A DNA stretch of 17,844 bases from Chthonomonadales bacterium (GCA_038217285.1 JBBQPO010000116.1:1-17844), one strand, 5' to 3'. Numbered from the stretch's first letter, positions 8,747 through 17,063 are shown. Notes: generated by a model not told the origin, from the letters alone. Numbers and translations are program-made.

Positions 8747-8788
8747 TAGGTTAGGACGAGCAATTCGATAGTATGAAGGGAGCGGAAA

Positions 8789-9775
8789 ATGCATCAGAGG
8801 TCATTGGGCGCGAGTGGGAGAGATATTTCGGAGGTGGGGTTGGGGTGCTGGCAGTTGGGAGGGGCCGACTGGGGCGATGTGAGTGAGCAGGAGGCGATGG
8901 CGATTCTGGAGACGTCCGTGGAGAGCGGCGTCAACTTTTTCGATACGGCGGATGTTTATGGATTGGGGCGGAGTGAGGGGCTGATCGGGACGTTCCTGCG
9001 GGAGACGAAAGCTGGTGTTACTGTGGCCACGAAGCTGGGTCGGTATCCGGAGCCGGGTTGGCCCGGTAACTTTACGGAGGCGGCGTTTCGGCAGCATGTG
9101 GAGGCATCATTGGTGAGGTTGGGAGTGGAGGCGCTTGATCTGGAGCAGATCCACTGCATTCCGACAGAGGAGTTTCGGCGCGGCGACTGTTTCGACTGGT
9201 TGCGGAAGTTGAAGCAGGAGGGCAAGATTCGGCGGTTTGGAGCGAGTGTCGAGTCGATGGAGGAGGCACAGATCTGTCTTCAGCAGGAGGGGCTGACGTC
9301 GCTGCAGATCATCTTCAATATCTTCCGTCAGAAACCGATCACAGCGCTTTTCGCGGAGGCGCAGCGGCGAAATGTTGCGCTGATCGTCCGGCTGCCGCTG
9401 GCCAGTGGACTGCTCGCCGGGAAGTATCGGAAGGACACGCAGTTTGCGGCGGGAGACCATCGCAACTATAACCGGGATGGGGAAGCGTTCAATGTCGGAG
9501 AGACCTTTGCGGGCCTGCCGTTCGAGAAGGGCGTTGCGTTCGCGGACGCCCTGAAGCCGCTCGTCCCGGCAGGAATGACGATGGCGCAGATGGCCCTGCG
9601 TTGGTGCCTCGACTTCCCTGCCGTCACCACGATCATTCCCGGCGCAAAAGACTCTGCCATGGCCCGCGCAAACGCCGCTGTCAGCGAACTGCCGTCCCTT
9701 TCTCCGGAACTACACACAAATCTGACTCAGTTCTACGCCGACCACGTCGAAGCCTCGGTACGCGGTCCCTACTGA
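8789..9775 (+). CDS. Aldo/keto reductase family oxidoreductase
   Basis: AAGGGAG RBS. Motifs ISEVGLGCWQLGG, NFFDTADVYG.G.SE (catalytic D/Y), VATK, SL.RLG...LDLEQIH, GKIR.FGAS, PLASGLL.GK, MAQMALRW, IIPGA. Confidence 0.95.
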   Translation: MHQRSLGASGRDISEVGLGCWQLGGADWGDVSEQEAMAILETSVESGVNFFDTADVYGLGRSEGLIGTFLRETKAGVTVATKLGRYPEPGWPGNFTEAAFRQHVEASLVRLGVEALDLEQIHCIPTEEFRRGDCFDWLRKLKQEGKIRRFGASVESMEEAQICLQQEGLTSLQIIFNIFRQKPITALFAEAQRRNVALIVRLPLASGLLAGKYRKDTQFAAGDHRNYNRDGEAFNVGETFAGLPFEKGVAFADALKPLVPAGMTMAQMALRWCLDFPAVTTIIPGAKDSAMARANAAVSELPSLSPELHTNLTQFYADHVEASVRGPY

Positions 9776-9806
9776 AAATCCGAATTCAGACAATCCAGGT
9801 GGAGAC

Positions 9807-12197
9807 CTACAACAGCCCCTTACGTTTTCGGACGAGCCATTCGAGGCCGAGGGGGATGACGAACAGGGAGAGGAAGAACCAGCGGTTCCAGAGGTCGATC
9901 TCCTGTTCGCTGCGGACGACGAGTTTGTTGTTCGGGAGGGATTTGGCCCAGGCGGCGATCTCGGTGGCCTGGTAGTATTTGCCGCCGCCGGCAGACGCGA
10001 CCCGCTTGAGCAGCGTCTCGTCGAGTTCGGGGCGCTGGCGTTCGAGGGCCTGCGTCTCGACGAGGAAGGCGGTCGTGGCCTTCGCCTCCTGCTTCGCGGG
10101 AGAGGTGAGGGAGACTTCGAACTTGCCGATGCGGTCGGGCTGCAGTTGTGCCGAGAATAGGCCGGGGGCACCGGGCGTCGCCTGGAGGGTGACCTTCTGC
10201 TCCGGGCCGTTTTCGGGCTTCAGAATGGCGGTCGCGCTCTCGGCCTTGATAGGGTGATAGTAGGCGTCGAGCAGGCGCGCATTGAGTTGCACACGCTCGC
10301 CCAGCAGATATTTGCCCCGGTCGGCGTTCAACTGTACGAAGCGGCTGTTACCCGGCAGCTCCTTCGGCGTCAGGGTGCGGAACACCTGGCCCCAGTAGCG
10401 GTAGAAGTAGCGATCCCCGACCCGCCACCGCCATCGCCATGTGCTGTCCACAAGCTGAATGTAGCATTTCCCGGCACCGAACGGCTGAAACGCCACCAGA
10501 GGATAGGGGCCGTCGGCGTTGCGGCGGGAGGGATGCACCGCAAGGACGGTCGCGCCGGGCTTGGCGCGCTGCACTCCTGCGGCCCAGAACATCCCCGGCA
10601 GCGTGGTCCAGGTCTGATCGTTGGCCGTGCTGGTGTCTTCCAACTGCATGACCGGGCTGCGGCGACCCTCTGGCGTCAACTGCCACGCGAACGGCTGATC
10701 GGTGTTGAGCGGGTCCGGGGAGGAGCTTACCGTGACGGGCAGGACGGCTTCCAGGGGTGTGCCCGCATACTCGTGCGGCATGTGCTGCTCCCCGGCGATC
10801 ACCAGCAGGCTCGCGCCCCGATCCTCGACGAAGCGGCGCAGCATGACCAGTTGCGCGTCGGAAAAGTAGGAGCGCGGCACATCGCCCAGAGCGATGATGT
10901 CGTATTCGAACATCTCTTTTTCGGTCGCCGGGAAGCCGTGGACGGAGACATTGCCCTCGCCGCCGCCCGTCGCCGAGTCGCCGGAGAGAAGCAGGCAGGC
11001 GAAGTCCAGGCTGGTGTCGCGCAGGATCGCGTTGTGGAGATATCGGTATTCGTAGCGCGGCTCGGCCTCGACATAGAGCACTTTCAGCCGTTTGCTGATG
11101 ACTGTCTGGATATACGCGCTGTGGTTGTTGGCGGCGGTGAGCTCTCCTGGCAGCACATCCGTGGCGACCGTGTAGGTGAAGCGCCCGCCCTGGGTCGGCA
11201 CGTAGTTGAAATGCACTTCCTGCTTCTGATCGTCCGGGCCGAGGCGGACCGATTCACGGCCGACGACGTCGTTCCCGCGTCGCAGCGTCACCGCGATGGT
11301 TCTGCCCGCATAGCCGCGCTGCGTGAGCGCTACATAGACGGAGACGGTGTTGTTGACGCGGACGGTATCGTCGGCGAGGACGCTGAGCAGCGCGATGTCT
11401 TTGGTCTTGGTCGGATCTCCGACTCCGACGGTGCTGACGCGCAGGCCCGCCTGTTTTGCCGCATCCGCCGCGAGGATAGGGTCGTCGCCCCTATTGTTGC
11501 CGCCGTCGCTCACGATGAGCGCGCCTGCCAACGGCTGTCCGGCAAGCTCCTCGACCGGGCGGTGCAGCGCATCTCCCATCTGTGTCGTACCCGCTGTCTT
11601 CGGGTCGGATTTCAAGTCAAGTCGGTAGGAAGCCAGCTTCTTCGCATCGGTCGGCAACTCCACGGCGTGCGTTTTTGAGGCGAACTCCAGCACGCGGACA
11701 TTGTAGCGTTTCGAAAGGTCGCGCAGGAGACCGGAGCGGTTGAGAAAGCTGTTGACCCGGTCGAGGCGCGTCATGCCACCCACGGCCTCTGCCGCCACTC
11801 CGGCGGCCTTCGCCTCGATGGCCGCGCGTGCGGCAGGCAGTCGGGGATCGGGGCGGGCCATGCTGTCGGAGGTATCGACCAGCAGCACGACATTGGGCCG
11901 AATATCCTCCGCATGGGTCAGGCGCAGAAACGGCTGCGACAGAATGAGCAACAGCGCGGCGACCGCGAGGATGCGCAGGATCGACAGCGGACCCTTGACC
12001 CACCACGAGGGCTTGGTGCCGTCGCGCCAGTAGTTGACGCCGGTCCAGAGCGCGGTGAAGACCAGCAGCGCTGCCCCGCCGTAGAGCGGCCAGGGCGTCG
12101 CGAAGCCCGGATGCGCCCGGCTGATGTTGTGGGCGACGTCGGGGGGGATGCTAAGCAGACGTTGGAACCAGGCGTGCTGGAGCAGAGATTCGATCAT
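9807..12197 (-). CDS. Membrane-anchored vWA domain + Ig-like + glutamine-amidotransferase-like domain protein
   Basis: Two N-terminal TM segments. MIDAS VLLVDTSDSM ... T ... IVSDG. KVLYVEAEPRYEYRYL..YDIIALGDV..FVEDRGASLLVIAG GATase-like block, STWRWR..YFYRYWGQ, and a C-terminal TM ending LEWLVRKRKGLL. Confidence 0.85.
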   Translation of the reverse strand: MIESLLQHAWFQRLLSIPPDVAHNISRAHPGFATPWPLYGGAALLVFTALWTGVNYWRDGTKPSWWVKGPLSILRILAVAALLLILSQPFLRLTHAEDIRPNVVLLVDTSDSMARPDPRLPAARAAIEAKAAGVAAEAVGGMTRLDRVNSFLNRSGLLRDLSKRYNVRVLEFASKTHAVELPTDAKKLASYRLDLKSDPKTAGTTQMGDALHRPVEELAGQPLAGALIVSDGGNNRGDDPILAADAAKQAGLRVSTVGVGDPTKTKDIALLSVLADDTVRVNNTVSVYVALTQRGYAGRTIAVTLRRGNDVVGRESVRLGPDDQKQEVHFNYVPTQGGRFTYTVATDVLPGELTAANNHSAYIQTVISKRLKVLYVEAEPRYEYRYLHNAILRDTSLDFACLLLSGDSATGGGEGNVSVHGFPATEKEMFEYDIIALGDVPRSYFSDAQLVMLRRFVEDRGASLLVIAGEQHMPHEYAGTPLEAVLPVTVSSSPDPLNTDQPFAWQLTPEGRRSPVMQLEDTSTANDQTWTTLPGMFWAAGVQRAKPGATVLAVHPSRRNADGPYPLVAFQPFGAGKCYIQLVDSTWRWRWRVGDRYFYRYWGQVFRTLTPKELPGNSRFVQLNADRGKYLLGERVQLNARLLDAYYHPIKAESATAILKPENGPEQKVTLQATPGAPGLFSAQLQPDRIGKFEVSLTSPAKQEAKATTAFLVETQALERQRPELDETLLKRVASAGGGKYYQATEIAAWAKSLPNNKLVVRSEQEIDLWNRWFFLSLFVIPLGLEWLVRKRKGLL

Positions 12198-12282
12198 ACG
12201 TGGGCCATAAGGTGCGGTGTCAATCCTTGCCTGCGCTCACAAGGAAGCGCAATGCCGGAGTTTCGCGATGTGTAGGTATGCG

Positions 12283-12313
12283 TGTAAGACGACGGAACAG
12301 ACGACAAGTTACA
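12283..12313 (-). promoter_or_regulatory. Putative ECF-sigma promoter (TGTAAC-N16-CGTCTT) for the vWA gene
   Basis: Minus strand reads TGTAAC ttgtcgtctgttccgt CGTCTT ACA, which matches the AAC / CGT signature of ECF promoters. It lies about 90 bp upstream of ATG 12197. Confidence 0.6.
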
Positions 12314-12327
12314 CCGGGCCGTCCGAA

Positions 12328-13416
12328 TCAGGCTCCCGTGCCGATCAGTTCGGAGAGATGGCCGATGCCATCCCGTTCCAGGAGGCGCAGCAGCCCCTCG
12401 TTCAGGTTGCGCGGCAGATACGGCCCTTCGTAGATCAGACTGGTGTAGATCTGAAGCAGCGAGGCGCCGGAACGGATGCGTTCGTAGGCGTCTTCGGCGG
12501 TAAAGATGCCGCCGACCCCAATGAGCGGCAGCTTGCCTTCGCTGCGGCGGTAGAGATACCGGATGACTTCGTTAGCGCGCTCCCGCAACGGCTTGCCGCT
12601 CAGCCCGCCGGTCTGTTCGACATCGGCGACGCTGCCCTCCCGCCGGATCGTCGTGTTGGTCGCGATAATCCCCGCGAGGCCAAGTTCCAGCGCGACCTCC
12701 ACCACATCGTCCATATCGCCGTCCACCATGTCCGGCGAAATCTTGACGAAGATCGGGACCGGATCGGTGCCGCGCTTCGCGGCCAGACTCTGCCCCTCAT
12801 CCACCAGGGTCCCGAGCAGCGCCGAAAGTTTATCACGCTCCTGCCACTGTCGCAGGCCGGGCGTATTGGGAGAGGAGACATTCACCACGATGAAATCCGC
12901 GAGGCGCGACAGCCGACGGAAACCGGCGCGATAGTCGTCGAGAATCGCGTCGTCCCCGGAGACCAGTTTGGTCTTGCCGATATTGATGCCCAGCGGAACG
13001 GGCAGCGGGCGACTGCGGCGCAACTGGGCCAACCGCTTCGCCACCACCTCCGACCCTTCGCTGTTGAACCCCAGCCGATTGACGATAGCGCCGTATTCCG
13101 GGACACGGAAGACGCGGGGACGCGGATTGCCCGGCTGCGGTTGAGCGGTCACCGTACCGACCTCGACCGCGCCGAAACCCAGTCGCGGCCAGATCGCGAC
13201 CGCCTTGCCGTTTTTGTCGCAGCCCGCCGCCAGTCCGATGGGATTGGGAAAGGTGAGGCCCGCTACCGTCATCACCAGACGAGAATGCGTAAACGCCCGG
13301 CGACTTGCGCTGAACGGCAGCCCCGTGGCCGTCCCCAGCATCTCGATGACGCGCTCATGGGCCGCTTCCGGATCCATGTGAAATAAGAGAGGGCGCAGAG
13401 CGCGACGATAAAACAT
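12328..13416 (-). CDS. pyrD: Quinone-dependent dihydroorotate dehydrogenase (class 2)
   Basis: Start MFYRRALRPLLFHMDPEAAHE (ATG 13416). Motifs FPNPIGLAAGCDKNG, GFGAVEVGTVTAQPQPGNPRPRVFR, NRLGFN, GINIGK, NVSSPNTPGLR, VKISPD, ATNTT, GGLSGKPL, IGVGGI, GASLLQIY. Confidence 0.97.
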   Translation of the reverse strand: MFYRRALRPLLFHMDPEAAHERVIEMLGTATGLPFSASRRAFTHSRLVMTVAGLTFPNPIGLAAGCDKNGKAVAIWPRLGFGAVEVGTVTAQPQPGNPRPRVFRVPEYGAIVNRLGFNSEGSEVVAKRLAQLRRSRPLPVPLGINIGKTKLVSGDDAILDDYRAGFRRLSRLADFIVVNVSSPNTPGLRQWQERDKLSALLGTLVDEGQSLAAKRGTDPVPIFVKISPDMVDGDMDDVVEVALELGLAGIIATNTTIRREGSVADVEQTGGLSGKPLRERANEVIRYLYRRSEGKLPLIGVGGIFTAEDAYERIRSGASLLQIYTSLIYEGPYLPRNLNEGLLRLLERDGIGHLSELIGTGA

Positions 13417-13571
13417 AGCCCTAATTTCTGCCTGAACCTCCCGAAATCCTTCCCGACCGGCATATTCGTAACAAGGGCGATAGGGGATCTTACCATCCGT
13501 CGCAGTGTCGCTTTCGATAGCAGGAATTACCGGCCGGGGGTTGGAAATAGGGGTGGGATAAGGAGGCGCAG

Positions 13572-14498
13572 ATGGGACGACGAACAGGATGGGCATTCGT
13601 AACGCTTTTGATGCTGGCAGCGCACTCCGCGCAGGCAGCGGTGACCGTGACGCAAGGAGAGTATCATGGCTGGTCGGGGGTCTACCGGCTCATGAACGGC
13701 ACAGTGGAACTCGTATTTGTGCCGCAGATCGGAAGAATCATGCGATACGGCTATATAGGGGATCGCAATGTGCTGTGGGAGAATGCGGTGCTCGCAGGGA
13801 AGACGACGGATTTGAGCCATCCGGTCAGCGACTGGCAGAATTATGGCGGCGACAAGCTCTGGCCCGCTCCGCAGTCGGTCTGGGGTTGGCCGCCGGACCC
13901 TGTTTCCGACAGCGGGCCGCAGACGGTGAAGATCCTTCCGAACAGACATCTGCTTGTGACCGGGTTGGGAAGTCAGAAGTACGGCGTTCAGTTTCAGCGG
14001 GAGATTGCCCTCGATCCGTCCGGATCCGGTGTTACGATCCGGAATTCGATGACGAATACCGGCGGCAAGGCCGTGGAGTGGGGCGTCTGGGAAGTGGCGC
14101 AGGTTGATGACCCGGTCGAAACCACCGTTCCAGCGAGCGCCGAAGGGAGTTTTCCAGGGGGATACAAAGCTCTCAGCGAACCGCTGGCTGTGGCAGGGCA
14201 GGTCAGTGTGCGGGAAGGGTTGGTGACGATACGGCGTCGGGCGGACCATACCGGCAAAATCGGGGTGAGGTCTCCGGGCGGGTGGATCGAGTCGCGATGG
14301 AGTTCGCTGCGGTTTCGTATCTCGGGGGACTTTCCGAAGAGCGGCGCCTATCCGGACGGCGGATGTGCGCAGGAGATCTATACCAACGACGACCCGAACC
14401 GCTACGTCGAGATGGAACTGCTGGCACCGGTTCGCAAACTCGCTGCGGGCACGACAGCGAGCTTCGTGACGCACTGGAGCCTGTCGCACACTCGCTGA
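13572..14498 (+). CDS. Secreted DUF4380-like protein (probable galactose-mutarotase-like beta-sandwich fold)
   Basis: AAGGAGG RBS. Signal peptide ..AHSAQA. Motifs LMNGTVELVFVPQIGRIM, NYGGDKLWPAPQSVWGWPP, EIYT....YVEMELLAP. Confidence 0.75.
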   Translation: MGRRTGWAFVTLLMLAAHSAQAAVTVTQGEYHGWSGVYRLMNGTVELVFVPQIGRIMRYGYIGDRNVLWENAVLAGKTTDLSHPVSDWQNYGGDKLWPAPQSVWGWPPDPVSDSGPQTVKILPNRHLLVTGLGSQKYGVQFQREIALDPSGSGVTIRNSMTNTGGKAVEWGVWEVAQVDDPVETTVPASAEGSFPGGYKALSEPLAVAGQVSVREGLVTIRRRADHTGKIGVRSPGGWIESRWSSLRFRISGDFPKSGAYPDGGCAQEIYTNDDPNRYVEMELLAPVRKLAAGTTASFVTHWSLSHTR

Positions 14499-14507
14499 CC
14501 AAATGAG

Positions 14508-16775
14508 TCAGGAACTCGGCTGAAGGCCCGGCAGGTCTTCGCCGGAAGCGGGGGCAGGCGAGGCGTCCTGTGCACGCGTAACTTCGAGGGCTGCCCAGGC
14601 CCAGCCATAGAGTAACAGGAGCGCAGCGGCTGTGAGGCCAGAGTCGTTGCAGAGGAGACAGGCGACAGCTCCAACTCCAATGCCTGCCAGGGCCGCGTGG
14701 CGGCGGCGAGAGGCGAAGGGTCCGGGCGAGACGTGTCGGATCCAGGCGAGAGCCGCTGCAGCGACCACGAGGGTTGCGCTCCACGCGCTGTGGAGCAGCA
14801 GCCAGCCTTCGATTTGCAGTTTGCGGAGCAGTATCTCCGGCAGGCTGCCTCCGCCTGCTCCTGTCAGCGCTCTTATGAAATGGGTCTGGTCCCCGGTGGC
14901 GTGGCGGGCATCGAAAGCAGCCAGCAGGCCCAGCCCGACCGCAGTCAGCAACAGAACTCCGCCGATCTCCTTCAGACCCAACCTGCCGCGCCTCCAGACC
15001 AGCAGTGTCACGCCGAACGCCGCTCCTGCCGAAGGTATCGCCCCGACTTTCGCCCCGAAGACTCCCATCTCCAACGTCAATGCCAGGAAGAGCACGGCGA
15101 ACGCCAGCCCTTCTCTCGGGCGCGGTGGCAACAGGAGACTCCTCTCCTGCGCTCCGCTCAGGCCGAACAGAACGCAGGCCGCTCCGATGGCGACTCCCAT
15201 ATACTCGTTGCCGATTCCATAAAAGCGGGCCCCCTCGACTACCGAGTAACTCATCCAGGCTGCCTGTAACAGAGGCGTTCCCGACACCAGATCGACCAGG
15301 AGAACGAAGAGCAGCAGGCGGCAGAGCAGGCGAAAAAGCGCAAAGACGGCTTTCGGCCTGGCGGCGGAGAACAGCCCGATGGCCAGCATAAGCAGGGCCA
15401 GCAGGAGTTCCGCCATCCAGGGGGCAGACGGCCTTAATAAGGGCAGCACCAGCATTCCTAACGGGAGTGTGATGACGAGCACGGCGATGGCTCCGATGAT
15501 GCGATGCAAACGGGAGCGTGTTTCCGGTTTGACACGGGTGGAGAGGAGCAACAGCACGGTGCCCAGGAGCGGCAATAGCATCTGCAGACTGGGCAGACCA
15601 CCGGGAGCGTTTTGCAGGCGCGCGACTCGCATCCATTCGTCGTAGTGTGCGGCAAGGGAAGGGGCCGAGGGAGCGGTTCGCGTGGGACGGAAAGGGGAGT
15701 CGGGAAGCCTATCCGAATGGAACGGCCGGCCCGTTGCGCCGGGGGGAAGGGGGAGAACCAGGCGCTCGGCGAAGGTGGCCAGCACATCCGTATTGAGGAC
15801 GAGACCGGGACGGCGTGTCGAAGCCGTGAACAGTGTTCCCGGCTTCTCCCCTGCGCCCCACCATACGAGGGGGGCCAGGCGGTCTATCCGCTCCTCCGAA
15901 CTGGCGGCCGGGGCAGGCGCGAGCAGCAGAATAGGAACGGCTGCCAAACCGTTCTGGGCCTGACAGCGCTTCAGAATTCCTGCGAGAAGGGCGTCCAGTG
16001 TGCGGCAGGCGACCCGGCGATGTTCGGCGGCGACGGCGGGGCGGCAGAGCAGTGTGGTGCGGTCGGCGCGGTCCAAAGCGTTGCACTCCACGACGATCAG
16101 GCCTGCTCGATTGCGAACAGCATCGAAGGCGGTCAGGATCGCGACCAGGTCAGTACGCACTCCGAACGGGGCTGACTCGTAGGGAAGAAGACCGCGATTC
16201 GTCATGGGGAAATCGACCTGTCCGGCGGCATCCATCGCGAGGTACCAGGCGTTGCCGTCGGGCCAGGTCGCATCGCTGTCACCTAACGTGGCTGTCTTGA
16301 GGCGGCGGCGGTGGAACAGTTCCCCCAGCGCGCCTAAGGGCAGCGTATGATCGAGTTGGGCATTATTGACGGTCTGCAGAGCCGCGAGACGGGCAGCAGG
16401 GTTGTCAGGCGGCACGAGAGGCGCGACAGCGCGGGAGCCGCTGCCCAGGGTCACCAGCAAAGACTCCTGGGATTCGCGTCCGTCCGGTCGTAACAGTCGG
16501 CTGTCGGCCACACGGGCGGCGCGGCACAACATCCATCCGGAGCCGCCTTCGGAGATCAATCGAGAGAGGGTGGGCAGCTCCGGACGCGAAAGATCGCTCG
16601 CCCGAATCCCTGGAACGAGCACGACAACGCAGGTCGGCAGAGGACTGCACATCGCCGTTTGGCAGCCGACCGACAAGAGGAACCCTGCCCCTAAGCCGCC
16701 CAGGAGAATGCGAAATAACCGTTGGCCGGCGAGAAATAGCAGTTTAGGAATCATCTGGGAGGCGTAGTAGGACAT
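14508..16775 (-). CDS. Large membrane protein: N-terminal alkaline-phosphatase-superfamily-like domain + multi-pass TM domain (GARFYGIGNE motif)
   Basis: Long ORF with about 10 C-terminal hydrophobic helices. Conserved-looking motifs SYSVVEGARFYGIGNEYMG, THF.RA, RKL, NDSG. N-terminal VVVLVPG..DL, RRPGLVLNTDVLAT. Start uncertain: GTG 16823, ATG 16775 or ATG 16754. Confidence 0.8.
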   Translation of the reverse strand: MSYYASQMIPKLLFLAGQRLFRILLGGLGAGFLLSVGCQTAMCSPLPTCVVVLVPGIRASDLSRPELPTLSRLISEGGSGWMLCRAARVADSRLLRPDGRESQESLLVTLGSGSRAVAPLVPPDNPAARLAALQTVNNAQLDHTLPLGALGELFHRRRLKTATLGDSDATWPDGNAWYLAMDAAGQVDFPMTNRGLLPYESAPFGVRTDLVAILTAFDAVRNRAGLIVVECNALDRADRTTLLCRPAVAAEHRRVACRTLDALLAGILKRCQAQNGLAAVPILLLAPAPAASSEERIDRLAPLVWWGAGEKPGTLFTASTRRPGLVLNTDVLATFAERLVLPLPPGATGRPFHSDRLPDSPFRPTRTAPSAPSLAAHYDEWMRVARLQNAPGGLPSLQMLLPLLGTVLLLLSTRVKPETRSRLHRIIGAIAVLVITLPLGMLVLPLLRPSAPWMAELLLALLMLAIGLFSAARPKAVFALFRLLCRLLLFVLLVDLVSGTPLLQAAWMSYSVVEGARFYGIGNEYMGVAIGAACVLFGLSGAQERSLLLPPRPREGLAFAVLFLALTLEMGVFGAKVGAIPSAGAAFGVTLLVWRRGRLGLKEIGGVLLLTAVGLGLLAAFDARHATGDQTHFIRALTGAGGGSLPEILLRKLQIEGWLLLHSAWSATLVVAAAALAWIRHVSPGPFASRRRHAALAGIGVGAVACLLCNDSGLTAAALLLLYGWAWAALEVTRAQDASPAPASGEDLPGLQPSS

Positions 16776-16853
16776 ACTAACTGTTTGGGTGGCCGGTAGC
16801 GCCGCCCTTATGAAAAGCGACACCCTACCCGTTTTTCGTTGTCTATAGAGGAA

Positions 16854-16882
16854 ATTATAGAGGCAACCCGGTCCTCTGTCAA
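16854..16882 (-). promoter_or_regulatory. Perfect-consensus sigma70 promoter for the membrane protein gene
   Basis: Minus strand TTGACA (16882-16877), 17 bp spacer, TATAAT (16859-16854). Confidence 0.85.
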
Positions 16883-16912
16883 GCGGAACCTGCCCGTAGA
16901 CCCGTTGTGAAC

Positions 16913-16941
16913 CGGAACATTCCGAAGAGGAACAACGTCAA
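16913..16941 (+). promoter_or_regulatory. Possible ECF-type promoter (GGAAC-N17-CGTC) for the 74-aa gene
   Basis: GGAAC 16914-16918 and CGTCAA 16936-16941, divergent from the sigma70 promoter. Confidence 0.35.
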
Positions 16942-17063
16942 TGGGTATGCTGGAATTTTCAAAATCGATGGCAGATCGACCGAATCCGCCTATGAAGATG
17001 TCAACTGCACCGAAAAAAAGCGTTGACCAGCGGTAGAAATCTGTTGTTTGGAGGACAGGCACC

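Noticed and set aside
13467-13494. Third copy of the ECF-like motif (CGTAAC...TCTTACC) upstream of the DUF4380-like gene
   Set aside because: The spacer is 15 rather than 18 bp and both half-sites deviate. Too weak to call without a genome-wide model.
13417-13596. 60-aa N-terminal extension of PyrD shown in the ORF track
   Set aside because: It overlaps the divergent gene's start. Class 2 DHODH similarity begins at MFYRRALRP (ATG 13416).
16776-16847. Match of the leader to a known riboswitch class (fluoride, guanidine, ZTP, c-di-GMP, preQ1)
   Set aside because: No consensus core recognisable by eye. Kept only as an unclassified hairpin pending an Rfam search.
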